From Tubiluchus corallicola (lineage: Eukaryota; Animalia; Priapulida), in contig JAQGDQ010000249.1 of NCBI GenBank assembly GCA_030141605.1, positions 267,243 through 331,242 of the forward strand: DNA of 64,000 nt, given 5' to 3'. This document shows positions 12,491-25,100 of the stretch, in pieces; the stretch's first letter is position 1; every line of letters starts with the position of its first letter. The position numbers and the translations under genes were made by a program. The notes below the pieces were generated by a model that made no database searches, was not told the DNA's origin, and was given only the letters and a program-made list of their open reading frames with translations.

Positions 12491-15400
12491 ATGTCGGACA
12501 GTGAACACGAATAGTGAGTAATTGTCGACTACAACACAAATATTCTAAGTATTTTTGCATACATGATTACATTAGTACAGTAAGAATTTTGACGAGCAAG
12601 TTTTAATTTTTCACTAAAACGCCAAGGAATGTCTCAAAAATCCAGCAAACAAGTGCCCTCCCTGGTTACTGATAGTTGTTGATTACAGTCATTGCCTTTT
12701 ATTGATTGCAGATAGCAAATAAGGGAGCTTTATTGGTTATTGTATTTGTATTGTAACGTGTAGGCAAACGTAACTTTGACTTTTATGCAGTATACTTTCT
12801 GTAAAGTTTGAGAAACAGCGTTTTAATATCTTGCTGCGAACAAGACTTGAGCACACTGAACTGACAAAGTGGACTAGTTTATTAGTTAAAAATTTAATAC
12901 CATTGCTCATGTCTTATGTAACTGTAACCAAACAGTTCCTCAGTTCCAAGTTTGTTCAGAAACAGAATTGTAAACTGGTGGAGAACGAAAGCATAAAATG
13001 ACCCTACCATACACTTTGCGATCCACTTCTATGTCTCCGTGATACATTATTTTTCTGATAGTGTTTGGCATTGGAAATAGACTGTAACTAAAAATATGGC
13101 ATTTTAAAAACCAGCCCTTTCTCGTAAACAGTAAAGCTTTAGCTATCTGAGATGCAAAGTGTTTGTTTACAGACATTGCTACCGTTTTTTGATGTTTTTT
13201 GAGCTAAAATAACATAAAAATGTTAACATTAGAAACACCTTGTACATCTATTTGTGAAAATCTAGCGTGAAATATTAATAATTAATTTTTTATCACAGCA
13301 GCGAGGAGGAATCAGAGGAAGAGGAAGTAGAGGTATTTCTGTCAGCACAGCCGCACCTCTTAAGCTGTTACCACGAAATCATTCACCACTATCAACTTTA
13401 TATCATATAACATGCATTACGATATAACAAGTTTTTATTATTTTCATGAAAAGTGCTATAGATATTTTCCTGGCAGAATTTAAACATGAAACGTCAGCTT
13501 ACCTGATTTTTTCTTATTTTTTATCAAGAAATTTTAGGCAAAAGTAAAAATTCCTCGACAACAATGATTGCAACAGTATGCCGTGTGATAATCTAGGAAC
13601 AGTAGTTTCAAAAGTCAAATGATGTGATTTCGTGATAACAACATTGCCTTGCGTTCAACTTTCTATGAATCTTTCTATAAAATCCCGTGCCCGACATTAA
13701 ACATTAACATTTTATTTGGACCGGCTTCCTGTTTTCGTTTCGCTTTTCACAGTGTCTTCAATTTCGACTCACGTTCTGTTTTTCCCTAGCTTTAATCTGG
13801 CCAACCCTGTTGTGTTTCAGCCATTCAAGATCTGCTATTAAATCATTTTTGCAATTCTTACTGATACTATCATTTTTCTTCACTAATTAGCTTCTTTTAT
13901 TTTAACTCGTTTTAGACATAAACAGTGAAGATTTTTCGTCACTTGTAATTAAACTATCATATAGCACTATTACTTTCTTGTTTGTTACATCAGTATCTAA
14001 TCTTATTGTTTATTTTCTCTTTTTTCTCTGCCTGCTTTGACTACCTTTCTCTTGCTGCACGTTGAATCAACCAGCGAGGAGGAAAGTGAGGTAAAGGTTT
14101 CCCTCTATAGCTACATACATACCCGTCTTGCTCTAAGTCTAATGTTAGACATCTTCAAAATCATTATCTTAATTATGAGGTTGAAGAGCGGAGTTCATTT
14201 GAAAACGTTGCTTGTTATTTGCTTCAAAAATTTTACTTAAAAACGGAAAAGAAAGAAAAGGGAAGGGAAAGGAACAGGACAGGGCCCGACAAGACGATAG
14301 GAAAAAAGAGATGAGAAGTAGATACAGAAGAAAAGAAAAGGGACACAAAAGAAAGAGAAACAGAGGAAAGAAAAAAAAGAAATTAAAAGAAAAAATGAAA
14401 TGAAAAGGAAAAAAGAAAAGAAAAGAAAAGAAAAGAGAAAGGATAAGAAAAGAAAGACAAGACTAAGCGTGGATGGGCAAGGCAAGGCAAGAATGGAAGA
14501 AAAGAAAAGGAAAGGAAGAAAAGGGAAGAAATAAAGAGAAAAGAAAAGAGAAGAGAAGGGAGGGAAAGGAAAGGACTGGAAAGAATGCGAGAGGAAAAGA
14601 AAAAGGAAGGAAAAGGACAGGGAGGAAAATAAAGCAAAGAAATAAGAGAAGAGAAAAGTAAAAGTATAATCATGAGGTGGATCGAAATTTTTCCGTTAAA
14701 TGTCTGCGTCTTACATTAGAGCAAGTACGGTAAGCAATTTACAAGCTTTAAAGAATTTAACAATCATTGGCTTAATTAAAAAAAGAAAGTTCATTAACTT
14801 ATTTATTTATTTATTTCCGTTTTTTCGTAGCATCTAAGCAGTGTCAGTGAGAAGCCAAGATTGCCTATATTCTATAAGCTTGTATTTTGCATTATGATCG
14901 ACCAGATTGTAGCTGGAAACTTGTATGCCATTATTCTACTTCGTTAGTTATTAAAATGGTTGTTTAAAATGACTTTGTTTTAACTTTGATAAATGACTAT
15001 TATACTTTGATAAACAAAAACACGTGTTAAATATATTGTGATTACTATTATTTTTGTGTAAAGAGTATTAGCTACAGCTGTTGTGTGTACTGTGGGGAAA
15101 AGATAGCAGCGGACAGCTAAAGGAAAGGCCTCGCCTTCTGCGAATTTAGGTTTATTTTAATGTTCGCAAGAAATATTAGAAGTATTTAGTAATAATAGTG
15201 TGATAACCGGCTCGTGTAATTAGTAAAATCACTTTAACGTCACGATCATTTGGGCGCTGCCACTTTGAAAGGCCCATTCTTCCACCAGTGACGTCGTTCA
15301 TCGTCTGAAGAAAAGCAGCGCGCTGTTAATTTTCATCATAAGTTTTTACAAAAAAATAGATAGCTTATTTTTCATATTTTTGCAAGTACATTAAGTAAGC

Positions 15401-18400
15401 TACAAAAATTTGAATTAGTTTAACCGGTGCGCTTACGAAAAGTCATAAAGTCCAACAGTGGCGTCATAATTTTCAAGCGAATAGGCTGAAAATTTCTATA
15501 CAGCGGTAGTATAAACTGTATTTTACGATTTATAGACAATTTTTGTCCATATTCCTTTCGTAGATTTTTTTAGTTTAAGTAAAATAACATTAAAATAAAC
15601 ATAATATGCTAAGTAAGTTGTCATTTCCTTTAAAGTAAAACATAACATTTAATTGCTAAAATAATTGTAAGTGATTACGAGTCTTGCAGTTACTCTAGAA
15701 AATGGTGTTTGAGAACTTTTCGTGGTAATGGTTGCTTACGAACTTGAAACTTTTGAGTGCATCCAAAATAAAGCTGTTTATTTTAATCACGTCTGAATGA
15801 TAATTGTATGGTATTTAAAGAAATTATTACATACGGTAGGAAGAAGAGGAGGAGGAAGAGGAAGAGGAAAAAGAAGATCCTGTAGCAAAGAAGAAAGCCG
15901 AAGAACAGGCGAAAAAAGAAGCCGAAGAAAAAAGAAAGAAGGAGGAGGAAGAAAGGAAAAAGACTGCCGTACTTGATCGGGAAAAGGCCAGAGAAGATGT
16001 GAGCTCCACCTTTTGACATTACATTTTCTTAAGTGATCAAATTTAAAAAGTGTTACAGTTGCGCCCTCTATATTCAAATATAGCAAATAATAATTGACCA
16101 ACGCTGCTTTAAACTGTTGGTTTTTTGTCATGTTTATAACATCAACATTGATTTTCATCAAATTTATTATATTTTGTTTCAGGAAGCCAGAAGAAAGATT
16201 GAAGAGAGAGAAAGGAAGAAGGCAGAGGTCAGGAAACGACTGGAGGAGAGTTCGAAAAAGAAGAAGAACGGCTTCTTAACTGGAGCTCGTAAGAAGAAGC
16301 TAAAGGTAAGAATTAAATCGAAGCTCAAGAAAGCAGTGTAGACGCACCTTATTGCGATTATAAATAAATGCAATAAATATAAACAAACAAACAAAGTAGT
16401 ATGTAAAGAAGTACATAATGTGAAATATCTGCGCTTCGTGGTGAGGCACTTATTTACATTTGTGACATGATTCGTCCAACAAATTCAAGCCGGTGTAGTC
16501 TTAGATCAAATGATAACATTTTGCTTACCGTTCCTAGAGTGCGCTGTTCCGCTACGGGTTATAGGTCATTTGCTGTTGCAGGACCAACTCTATGGGACAG
16601 CCTGTCCATCCAAATAAGGACACTCTCGAGCATTAACACTTTAAAAATACAGATTAAAAGATACTTATTTAAAATAGCATACAATCTTTGAAGTAATTTT
16701 GATTTGTCTTTATATGCTTGTATTTTGTAAATTTGTTTTTTATGTATTTACTTGTTGTAATTTTATGAAATTTAGTAGAATTGCTGCTTAATCTGGTAAA
16801 CATTTTTGAAGTTCGTTGTGATGATTTTAGATATCTTTGTGAAGCGTTTTTCAATATTGTCAGTTGTATTGTCTATAGATTTAGACGCTATACAAAATGA
16901 ATATTATTATTATCTGAAACTGTGGAAAAGGAAACTCGAGTACGGTTTAATGAGCTACCTTGCAATACTCTGATACAATTCAGTGGCTACATGTGGCTTT
17001 CTGTAGGCTTTCTTGATGAAAAAAATTCGTGAAGACATGTTAGCAGAAATTGCCCGCAAAGAAGAAGAAAAGAAAAAAGTTTTATCGCAGCGGGTGCGAC
17101 CTCTTCCAAACTTGGACGCCATGTCTCAACGTAAGTGCATGATATAGAATACAATTAACAGTGTGATGATAACGCTAAAATGACATTAATTGTCGCTTAG
17201 AATATTCTTTATACTTCATAAAAGACTGACATTGCAAACCTAAAATCCAATTTAACAACAGAAAAGATAAAAAAATGTAAAGATAAAAAAATTGACGAGG
17301 AAAAATATTTAATTTTTGAATGTAGCCCAACTATTATAACGACTTAAGAAATAGCTTGTTCTTTCATGTCAATGAAATTTTCACAAACTTAATGAATTTC
17401 ACAGTATCGGAAAATTTATATTGCTGATGAACGGAATTGATTTTGAACTTGCATATTTAGTTTCAAATTATGTTACAGACTGTTTTCAAAGGAGGAAAAT
17501 AAAATCTTAATCACAGAAAATCATATTCAATTGATAACAATAGCACATTATTGTATTTATATTATTTTTGCAAACGTGTAAACATTGTAATCTTGTTTAA
17601 TCTCTGTTTCAATTTTACCCAAGTATTGGGATGCTTTTGTGTGATGTGCGATTTTTTATGTACATTGCATATTGTATCGTGTTGTTTGTCAATAAACTAA
17701 TACATAAACTTACCATATATTAAATATTACTGTAATTAGGATTAATTACTATCTTTAACATCCACTTCCCTAATCTTCATCATCAGTGCAGCTCAGGATC
17801 AGTGTATGTGTTTACGTAAAATCAGCTAAGGCCTAAAATTCGCTTTTTCTGTTTACAGAACAGCTAGAAGACTTGTGTAAGACATTATTGGGTCAGATTG
17901 AAAACACGGAGAGTGAAAAATATGACGTACTTTACAAGATTAAGGAAAACGAGGCTATGATTCATGAGATGAATTATGCTGTCAACGACTTGAGAGGCAA
18001 ATTGTACGTATATCATTGCAACTCTGTATCCAACTTTTACCTTTATTTACACATTGTATATTGTGCTTAGAAATAACTATTTGGTATCTGTGTTGCAATT
18101 ATAAACGTTTAGTCTTTGTAACAGCACAAGCCTACGCCCATAGCCTTCCTGACCTTTGTCTTTGCAGCACCTAGTTACAAAAATTAAAAAAAGATCTTCT
18201 GATATTAGTGCTGAAGGAAAGAAAATCAAACAGTTCGGTGTTCTTGTCTAGGAAGAATTAGAATCTATACCTCGTTAATCACAACACGGGAATTGGCCCT
18301 GATTTATCTTTCACATGGAGGTTTAGCAATTGTTCGTTCATATATATTTGAAATATACGCTATTGTGATAGTAATCTATCATTTATTCTCACTAGGTTAT

Positions 18401-19711
18401 CCACAAGTCTGTGAAAATTTACTTACTTACTTGTTTTATTGCTTTACTTGCTTTGTCAGCTGATTTATTATGCATTGTTGTTTGATAGAATTCGTAAAGT
18501 GACGTAAGTCTGTTATTTGTTTTCAGCATAAAGCCAAGTCTTAAAAAAGTATCCAAATATGATAATAAGTGAGTAATTTTATTCTACCTTTTATGACAAG
18601 TACATATTTTTGTACCTTTATTTATTAGGCTAAAGGCCTGATAAGATCACCTTAAATTTATTTTGTGTAATTATACATATTATGTGTAAACATAAACTCC
18701 AGTAAGAGTACAGAAATAAAAACAAAATCAAAATGGAGAGCAGCCATTGACACCTGCAGTTATAAATGATAAGTTTATAATAACAATTTCTTAAAACGTT
18801 TGGTTGCATTAATATATTATTGCGCTAGATTAAGTTTATAAACATTTTACTGTATGGCTATTCACAATGAGACGTGTACGGCGTTCTAGCGCTATGACAC
18901 ATGCTCAGTTCTAGTTTCACAATACACATATTGTGTTATCATTTTTAGAGTTTACTCTATTGATCTTGTATCAGCCTTCAACTGTACCAGTTTTAATTGC
19001 AGTTTCCGAAAACTGAACGACAAAAAAAAACAAATGACCTTCCCCTTTTTTAGGTTTGCCAAAATGCAACAAATGCAAAAGAAAACGACTGTGAATTTCC
19101 GGGAAGGACTGAAGGAATCAGGGAAGGACAAATTTGCGCTCGGACCAGAACAAGAAGGAGAGGTAAAAGAAACCAATACTATCTGTATTTTTGCAATATA
19201 GGCTTATCCAGTTTATAAGGAAAGTACTTTAATGTACTAACGTGTACAGACTTAAATAGAAATGAAAATTATCAACAACAGCTTTAACAGAAAAATTCTC
19301 GCCAAATTCTGTCTTGCATTGGAATAAACACGGTAAATAAACAATGGTTTCAAAAAGCCACACACGTAGTAACAGCCTCTAGTCACGTGTAATGATATAA
19401 AATGTGACACACTTTCATGAAGTACGTTTCCTATTGTTGCATATTAAATTAAGCTACACTTTATAACACACTTTATAAGTCACGTATTTTGAACTAAATC
19501 GCAATAAATACGGGTCAACTTGTAAAGTTGTGAACTGTATTTACTAAACTCAATTTGCATTATGAAGAGGGACAAGTCTTACTTTTGCATTTTTCTTTAT
19601 TTGTCAATATGTATGTTTTCTTTCAAAATTTAAAAATCGTTACTTTTTTTTGTTATTAATAATGGCTTGTTTTTTTTTTAGAAAAAGCCGGATTGGGCGG
19701 CGAAGCACTAA
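12491..19711 (+). CDS. TnI: Troponin I, protostome-type (~262 aa)
   Basis: Coding exons 12491-12513, 13299-13332 (or 14075-14090), 15840-15998, 16183-16305, 17007-17130, 17859-18003, 18527-18568, 19054-19162, 19682-19711; all GT-AG and phase-compatible. Motifs [55 protein letters not shown], C-terminal KKPDW. AATAAA at 20140. Confidence 0.95.
14075..14090 (+). other. TnI: Candidate 16-nt alternative microexon of troponin I
   Basis: ccag|C GAG GAG GAA AGT GAG|gtaaag after a long pyrimidine tract. Paralogous to, and in the same phase as, exon 13299-13332. Confidence 0.65.
14238..14662. repeat. Purine-rich (AAAAG/GGAAA) low-complexity tract
   Basis: Degenerate pentamer repeats inside a TnI intron. 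Confidence 0.85.
16440..16913 (+). mobile_element. 3' fragment of an L2/CR1-group LINE in a TnI intron
   Basis: SLRSNDNILLTVPRVRCSATGYRSFAVAGPTLWDSL..IRTLSSINTLKIQIKRYLF is the typical L2/CR1 ORF2 C-terminus. It is followed by an AT-rich 3' UTR and an (ATT)n tail. Confidence 0.8.
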
Positions 19712-20415
19712 AGAGTGGTCAATATTATACTACGTGCCCCTCGATCATGCCCTCTTTATGTGTTATTTATTATGATGAAATTGATAATGGTTGTTTAATA
19801 TTATACATTTTCTTCATGTTAAGTTGTTGCTTTACAAATCAATGGGAAAAACTAATTCTAGTTAACTTAAGCTGTCTTGTTTTATAATGAAAACTGTTAA
19901 ATACATAATCTTTTAATGAGCAAATTATCATAAAAATACATTTATTTCTGGTGATAACAAATGTTCTGATTAATTGTTGTTAATATGTTCACTTTTATTC
20001 ACAAGTTTTATTTCAAAATTTTCCCTATTTTAACGCAGTCTTTTGAATCTGTGTTATCCCTGAATTTGATATCGCTTGATGCCGTTACACCATAGGCGAA
20101 TTATTTTGGCGAAGTTGTAACTTCATTTTACATTTCTTGAATAAAATGCTCACAATTTGCTCACTGTACTTGTTTTTTAAAATTTTATTTTTTATACTAG
20201 CTCCTTCAAATGCAAGAAACTAACGGGTCATTGTAACAACGTTTTAGTTCAGTTTGGCGTATTGTCAGGTATCCAGCTCCCAGCATTCGTCTATAGCAAG
20301 TTATACACAAGTAGGATTCTAAATTAGGTCTGAAGCTGCACATAGAACGCCTAAAATAGGGCATTATATTATCAATAAGCCTTTTCACGGTTTCGTTGTG
20401 AACACGCGCAGTTGC

Positions 20416-21372
20416 TGTAGGGCAACGGTTAAGTGTACCACAGCAACCCGTCTTAACTATAACCGTCGTGTGACATGTGTGTAAACCAAAGCTGTTTGCG
20501 GCAAGAGTTCAGTAACGTCAGTTGTTTTACGTGGACTTTACTTAATTATGCATTAGTCTGTGGGTACAGTGATTTCTAGCAGGATCTTGCTTGGGAATGA
20601 GAAAAGATGCCGAAAACTAGTAAATCATTGTTATCCCAGTGTACAAAACCAGAACACTATAATGTACATAACTGACTAGAGTATGACGCGCACATGGCTA
20701 TAGCAGATCAGAAGGTACCACCGGTCAATCGGACATTCCAGAACAAGCCACCAAGTCTTGTGGGTGATCAGCTTGTTATGTTGCTAAGTGTCGCACTTAT
20801 CAATGCCTAGTCATGGTGGTGATAAAGTTTCAAAGTCGCAAGGCAAAAACAAGCTACCAGTCTGTCGTCTGTCAGTTTTTAAGATCTCGTCAGGAACAGT
20901 CAACAGTCAACAGCCAGTGCCAGAATGAGCTAAACAAAGGCAACAACCAATTTAGCAGCTACAGTTTTTTGGTCAGCAACAGACTTCTCCATCTCATGAC
21001 GAAACTGGCCGTCACCAAAGTCTAGCCAACGACCACGACCTCAAAATACCCCCCAACTCAGCAAATACTGTACCACGGTCAAGACCAACTACCAAATCAC
21101 CAGCTGTTGCACAGAGGTAAAGGTCAACTACCAAGTGGTAAGCAAGTCTTGGTCAGCCATAGACTCCTAGTCGAGGCACGCCATTACTAAGACGTGGTCG
21201 GGGAAAGCGACCAAAAGCGGATAACCTACTAAGTAGTCCAATATTGTAATAAATAAACCCAGTACTTACATCATGTACTCTTTGTTTTGTTGTTTAATTA
21301 TGATGGCAATTTTAACGTTGGCACTCATGACGAAGATAGCCACCAGAGACAGATAAAAAGAAGACTCCTACA
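20416..21372 (+). mobile_element. Candidate solo LTR (~957 bp)
   Basis: Termini TGTAGG...CCTACA, GC-richer than flanks, AATAAATAAA ~120 nt from the right end. No TSD (gttgc vs tgtac), so boundaries are uncertain. Confidence 0.45.
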
Positions 21373-22139
21373 TGTACTATGTTTTGGATGGCAAATTGTG
21401 AAGGTTTCTGTTAACAGCAAAATAGTTTCAGTTACTTTGCAAAAACTAAAAAAATACGTTAAGCAAAGTTAGCATGCGATTTTAATTTAATATTAGCATA
21501 AAATTTGCACAACATTAATGATAAGCACATAACAGGAATGCAATTGCGCAATAGTTATTTATCTCTGCTCATCTCTAATTTTGTGTCACAAAATAATACC
21601 GCACCAGTAATGTTTTATCTGTATCGGAATTATTGCTTTCGTAAATTAGTAAGGTTTACTATAGTAGGTAAAAACTAGATGATGTAGTACTTTCTCAAAT
21701 ATTTTAAATAAGCCGTGAACAACAAAAATGCATTGAGACTTACACTTTGTTGGTTCATTCGTATGGCTGCTGAATTTCAGATAGCTACAATAAGTACAAT
21801 CTATAGCTACATTAGCTACAAAAGTTAAAGATATATGCACTTAAAAATAGACATTATAAACGCATTTTCCACATTTGAGGAAGTCCGTGTACCAGAATTT
21901 AGATCTCAGTTGAGGCCTCTGAAAACACCCTTGGTGACTGAGGCTCCGTCCCGGACCGCGCCGGGGAGCTTGCAGCGCTCCCACAGACCCCCTAGATTAT
22001 TGCATGCATTGTTCAATAACACACTGCACGCTACTGGTGCATATAAATTTGACATTATCTTACAACTTACAATTATACTGGGAAGTCAGTTTCAATATTA
22101 TTGACTCAAACGCGTATCTTACTTACTACTATACGCTAA

Positions 22140-25100
22140 TTAACATGTTTTTGACACTGACTGATAATTCGTGATGGCCGACACTGTCGCCAAAGCTGTC
22201 GAGTCTTTCGTGTTTGCTGACGTCTCACGCGCGTCATCTTTCACTTTCATCCTCAACACTTTCTTGAAGCCGTTGCGAAAGTGGGTGTTGGTCGCCCCAT
22301 AGATAACAGGATTAGTGGCCGAGTTCAGGTGAGCCAGGTAGATGGCAAACAAGAAGAATCCTGTCGACCAGTCGTGCCGATGATCAAAGAGACAGTCGAT
22401 GAACAAAGGTCCCCACGAACAGGTGAAGAATGCCGTCACTAAGAAGAGAGTCTTTGCCATTTCTGTAGCAGCCTTTTTGCTGTCTTTTTTCCAAGGTCTC
22501 ACAGCGTCTGTTACCTGGATTAGACAAGCAATACAATGTCACCTTTGAGCTTATGATTGGCAATGGAAACTTGTTAACCAGTATGATAACTAATGAGATA
22601 AGCACAAAACCACGGTGTCAACTTATTTGAAAACTCAGCAACTTACACCTTTATGATTTCGAACTTTTTATCATCTTTTTCTTGTGTACTTTCAGGCTCT
22701 TAAAACATTTTAAATCATAGAAAAAACATAAAACATAAACAGAAATGATGTTCTCTCTCTGTGTGTGTGTGTTATCAACAAAAGAATCCGAGTTCGTCTA
22801 TAGCACGCTACAAACTATGATGATGATGATGATCGTTATTGTTTATTATTGTTGCTATGATGATGCTGATGCTGATGTGAAGATGATGATGATGATGATG
22901 ACGATCATGATGATGATTATAATGAAGACGGCGGTTATAGACTGGCGATAATGACAATGAGAAAGAAATAGTTTAATAGTTAGTGACGCTAATGATATTA
23001 AGGAAATGATATCAACAATTTAAAACTGATGCATTTTAGTAAGAGACTAATGGCTGTAGTAACAGCAGGCCCTTTGTTCTCTTTCCTTTGTGAAAAATAT
23101 TTTAATGAAGCTTACTTTCTCAAAACACAGTTTCATAGGGTTTTGCATAAAACTAATGAGTCAAAGTGAATTAATTCGACGGCGATATAAAAATACTCCG
23201 GATTTTTCACAAATAACGCGTATTTTTGGCATCACAGTGTTTTTGCCGGATCACTTGAACATAATTTCTTTGCCCCGAAATAGGCCCCTGGTGGTCGCAC
23301 GACCCAGGGCCAGACTAATACCTCCAGAGGACCTAAGCACTGAAAACAATGCGCTACCCCCATATATGTGTAATTCAGAATAACAACAATAATAAACTGA
23401 ACTGTAACTGAAATTTTAAACCTTTTAAAATGAAAAAAAACTTATATTAAGATTTATTCCTAGTAAATGCTTTAAGTTATGATAGTAGATTAAAAATACA
23501 GAGACGACTCTAAATCTTATAAAAGGACAGCCATTCAGCAAATCTGCTGCCACAAGTATTCCGGTATATTTTACTTTTGGGGATTATTCGAATGGAAAAA
23601 ACTGCGGGCCCTCTTCCACTGAGGCCCTAAGCACATGCTTATTTTGTTTACTCCAGGGCTGACACGACCGCAGGCGCAGTGTTACAGCTATTACCTGTGA
23701 GTTATTAAAACAAATATTCTGAAACTTACAAAACAAAGTGCCGGTTTATTTGCGTTCGACTAATTTAATTATATGCTAAGTAGGCACACTAACAAGGTAA
23801 AGTGAAACCAAGCAACTGTTATAAGAATCGTACAAAAACAAACGTCGCAAACAACAACAAGCTGAAATTAGATACTGTTTTTGACGCAAGTGTTGTCTTA
23901 TTTTAGATGTTATACGAAACCGCCTTTTCAATTTTAGGTAAAATAATTGCCAACGTCACATATGAACTTGTCTGACTGAGATCTGATTAAATCTTTTTTG
24001 CGCGGATATAAACACGTTCTAGAGTTTAGACCTTGCCTCAGTCAGGCGTAGGCTGAAATAGCTGTGTGGTTAATGATAAAGCAAGAATATTTAGTTTCTC
24101 ATATTAATCTTGCTTTTCAACGTTTGAGTAAAATTGGGTCTAATTCTGCAGTTCTTTGTTCAAGAATTAAAAGACCCGAATTTAATTTTTATCATCTACG
24201 GAAAAGTGGTATTTGCAAGGCCTTAATTCGGCATTTATACTGACTAAAATATCAGTAGTTGAAATCGTGTTTAAAACATAATAATATGCTATTAATTAAG
24301 ACTTCAACGAATTTAGATGTAAAAAGTTGTAAGCATACGTGCAATTGTGCTATCAGTTAGCGGGTAAATAATATGCTAAAATGTCGCTGGTTTGTCGATT
24401 AACTTTTAATAATAACAAATTTTCAGCCAGAAATGGAAAGAAGGGCAGGAAAATACTTTAATTTTAATTAAACCCGTATAATTTGCGAATAGAGGAGGCA
24501 GTGGTCTAAAAGCAACTGAGCTCGAGCAATGTTGGAAGCTCGAAGTTAGGTCTTTTCCTATAGCAATTACGAGCGCGTTGTACTAAATGTGTGCGGTATA
24601 AAAACTTCAAAGTTTGCGACGAAATATTCAAGTCAAGAAATTCAAGTAATGGACGAAATATACATTTACTGATGAAAGTGGTGAAACAAAAGTAAAATTT
24701 GAGCAAAATTAAGTAGGCCTGCACATATACAGAGGGTATACAGAGAGCACGGAATAGGTGTATTATTAGGTCCTATTTATTAGCCCGTGTTACCTGTGTC
24801 GTAAAACGCAATCAAAACGGCACAAGGAAAATATTCTTACTCTTTTTCTGCTTCTGCGGACGTAAAGAAAGATGTGGGTGTAGCAAATAGCCGTGACGAC
24901 CAGTGGCATCATGATGATGAGAAGAGCAAAGAGGTATTTGTGGGTTGGAACCACGTAGAAGTTCCACAAGCAGTGCATGGACCGTGGCTCCAGCCAAAAC
25001 CTGCGAAATACATTTATATTTATGATACGGTTTTAGGGCTAAAGTTTACAATTCCTTACACACAAGAAATGAGTTTGTGGAGCGGATTAGAATTTTAGGG

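Noticed and set aside
14212-14673. K/R/E-rich ORFs as a possible long N-terminal TnI exon
   Set aside because: They derive from AAAAG-type low-complexity DNA, contain stops and lack convincing splice sites.
22300-22345. GPCR as an opsin
   Set aside because: TM7 reads LAHLNSATNPVIY; the retinal-binding lysine position is His.
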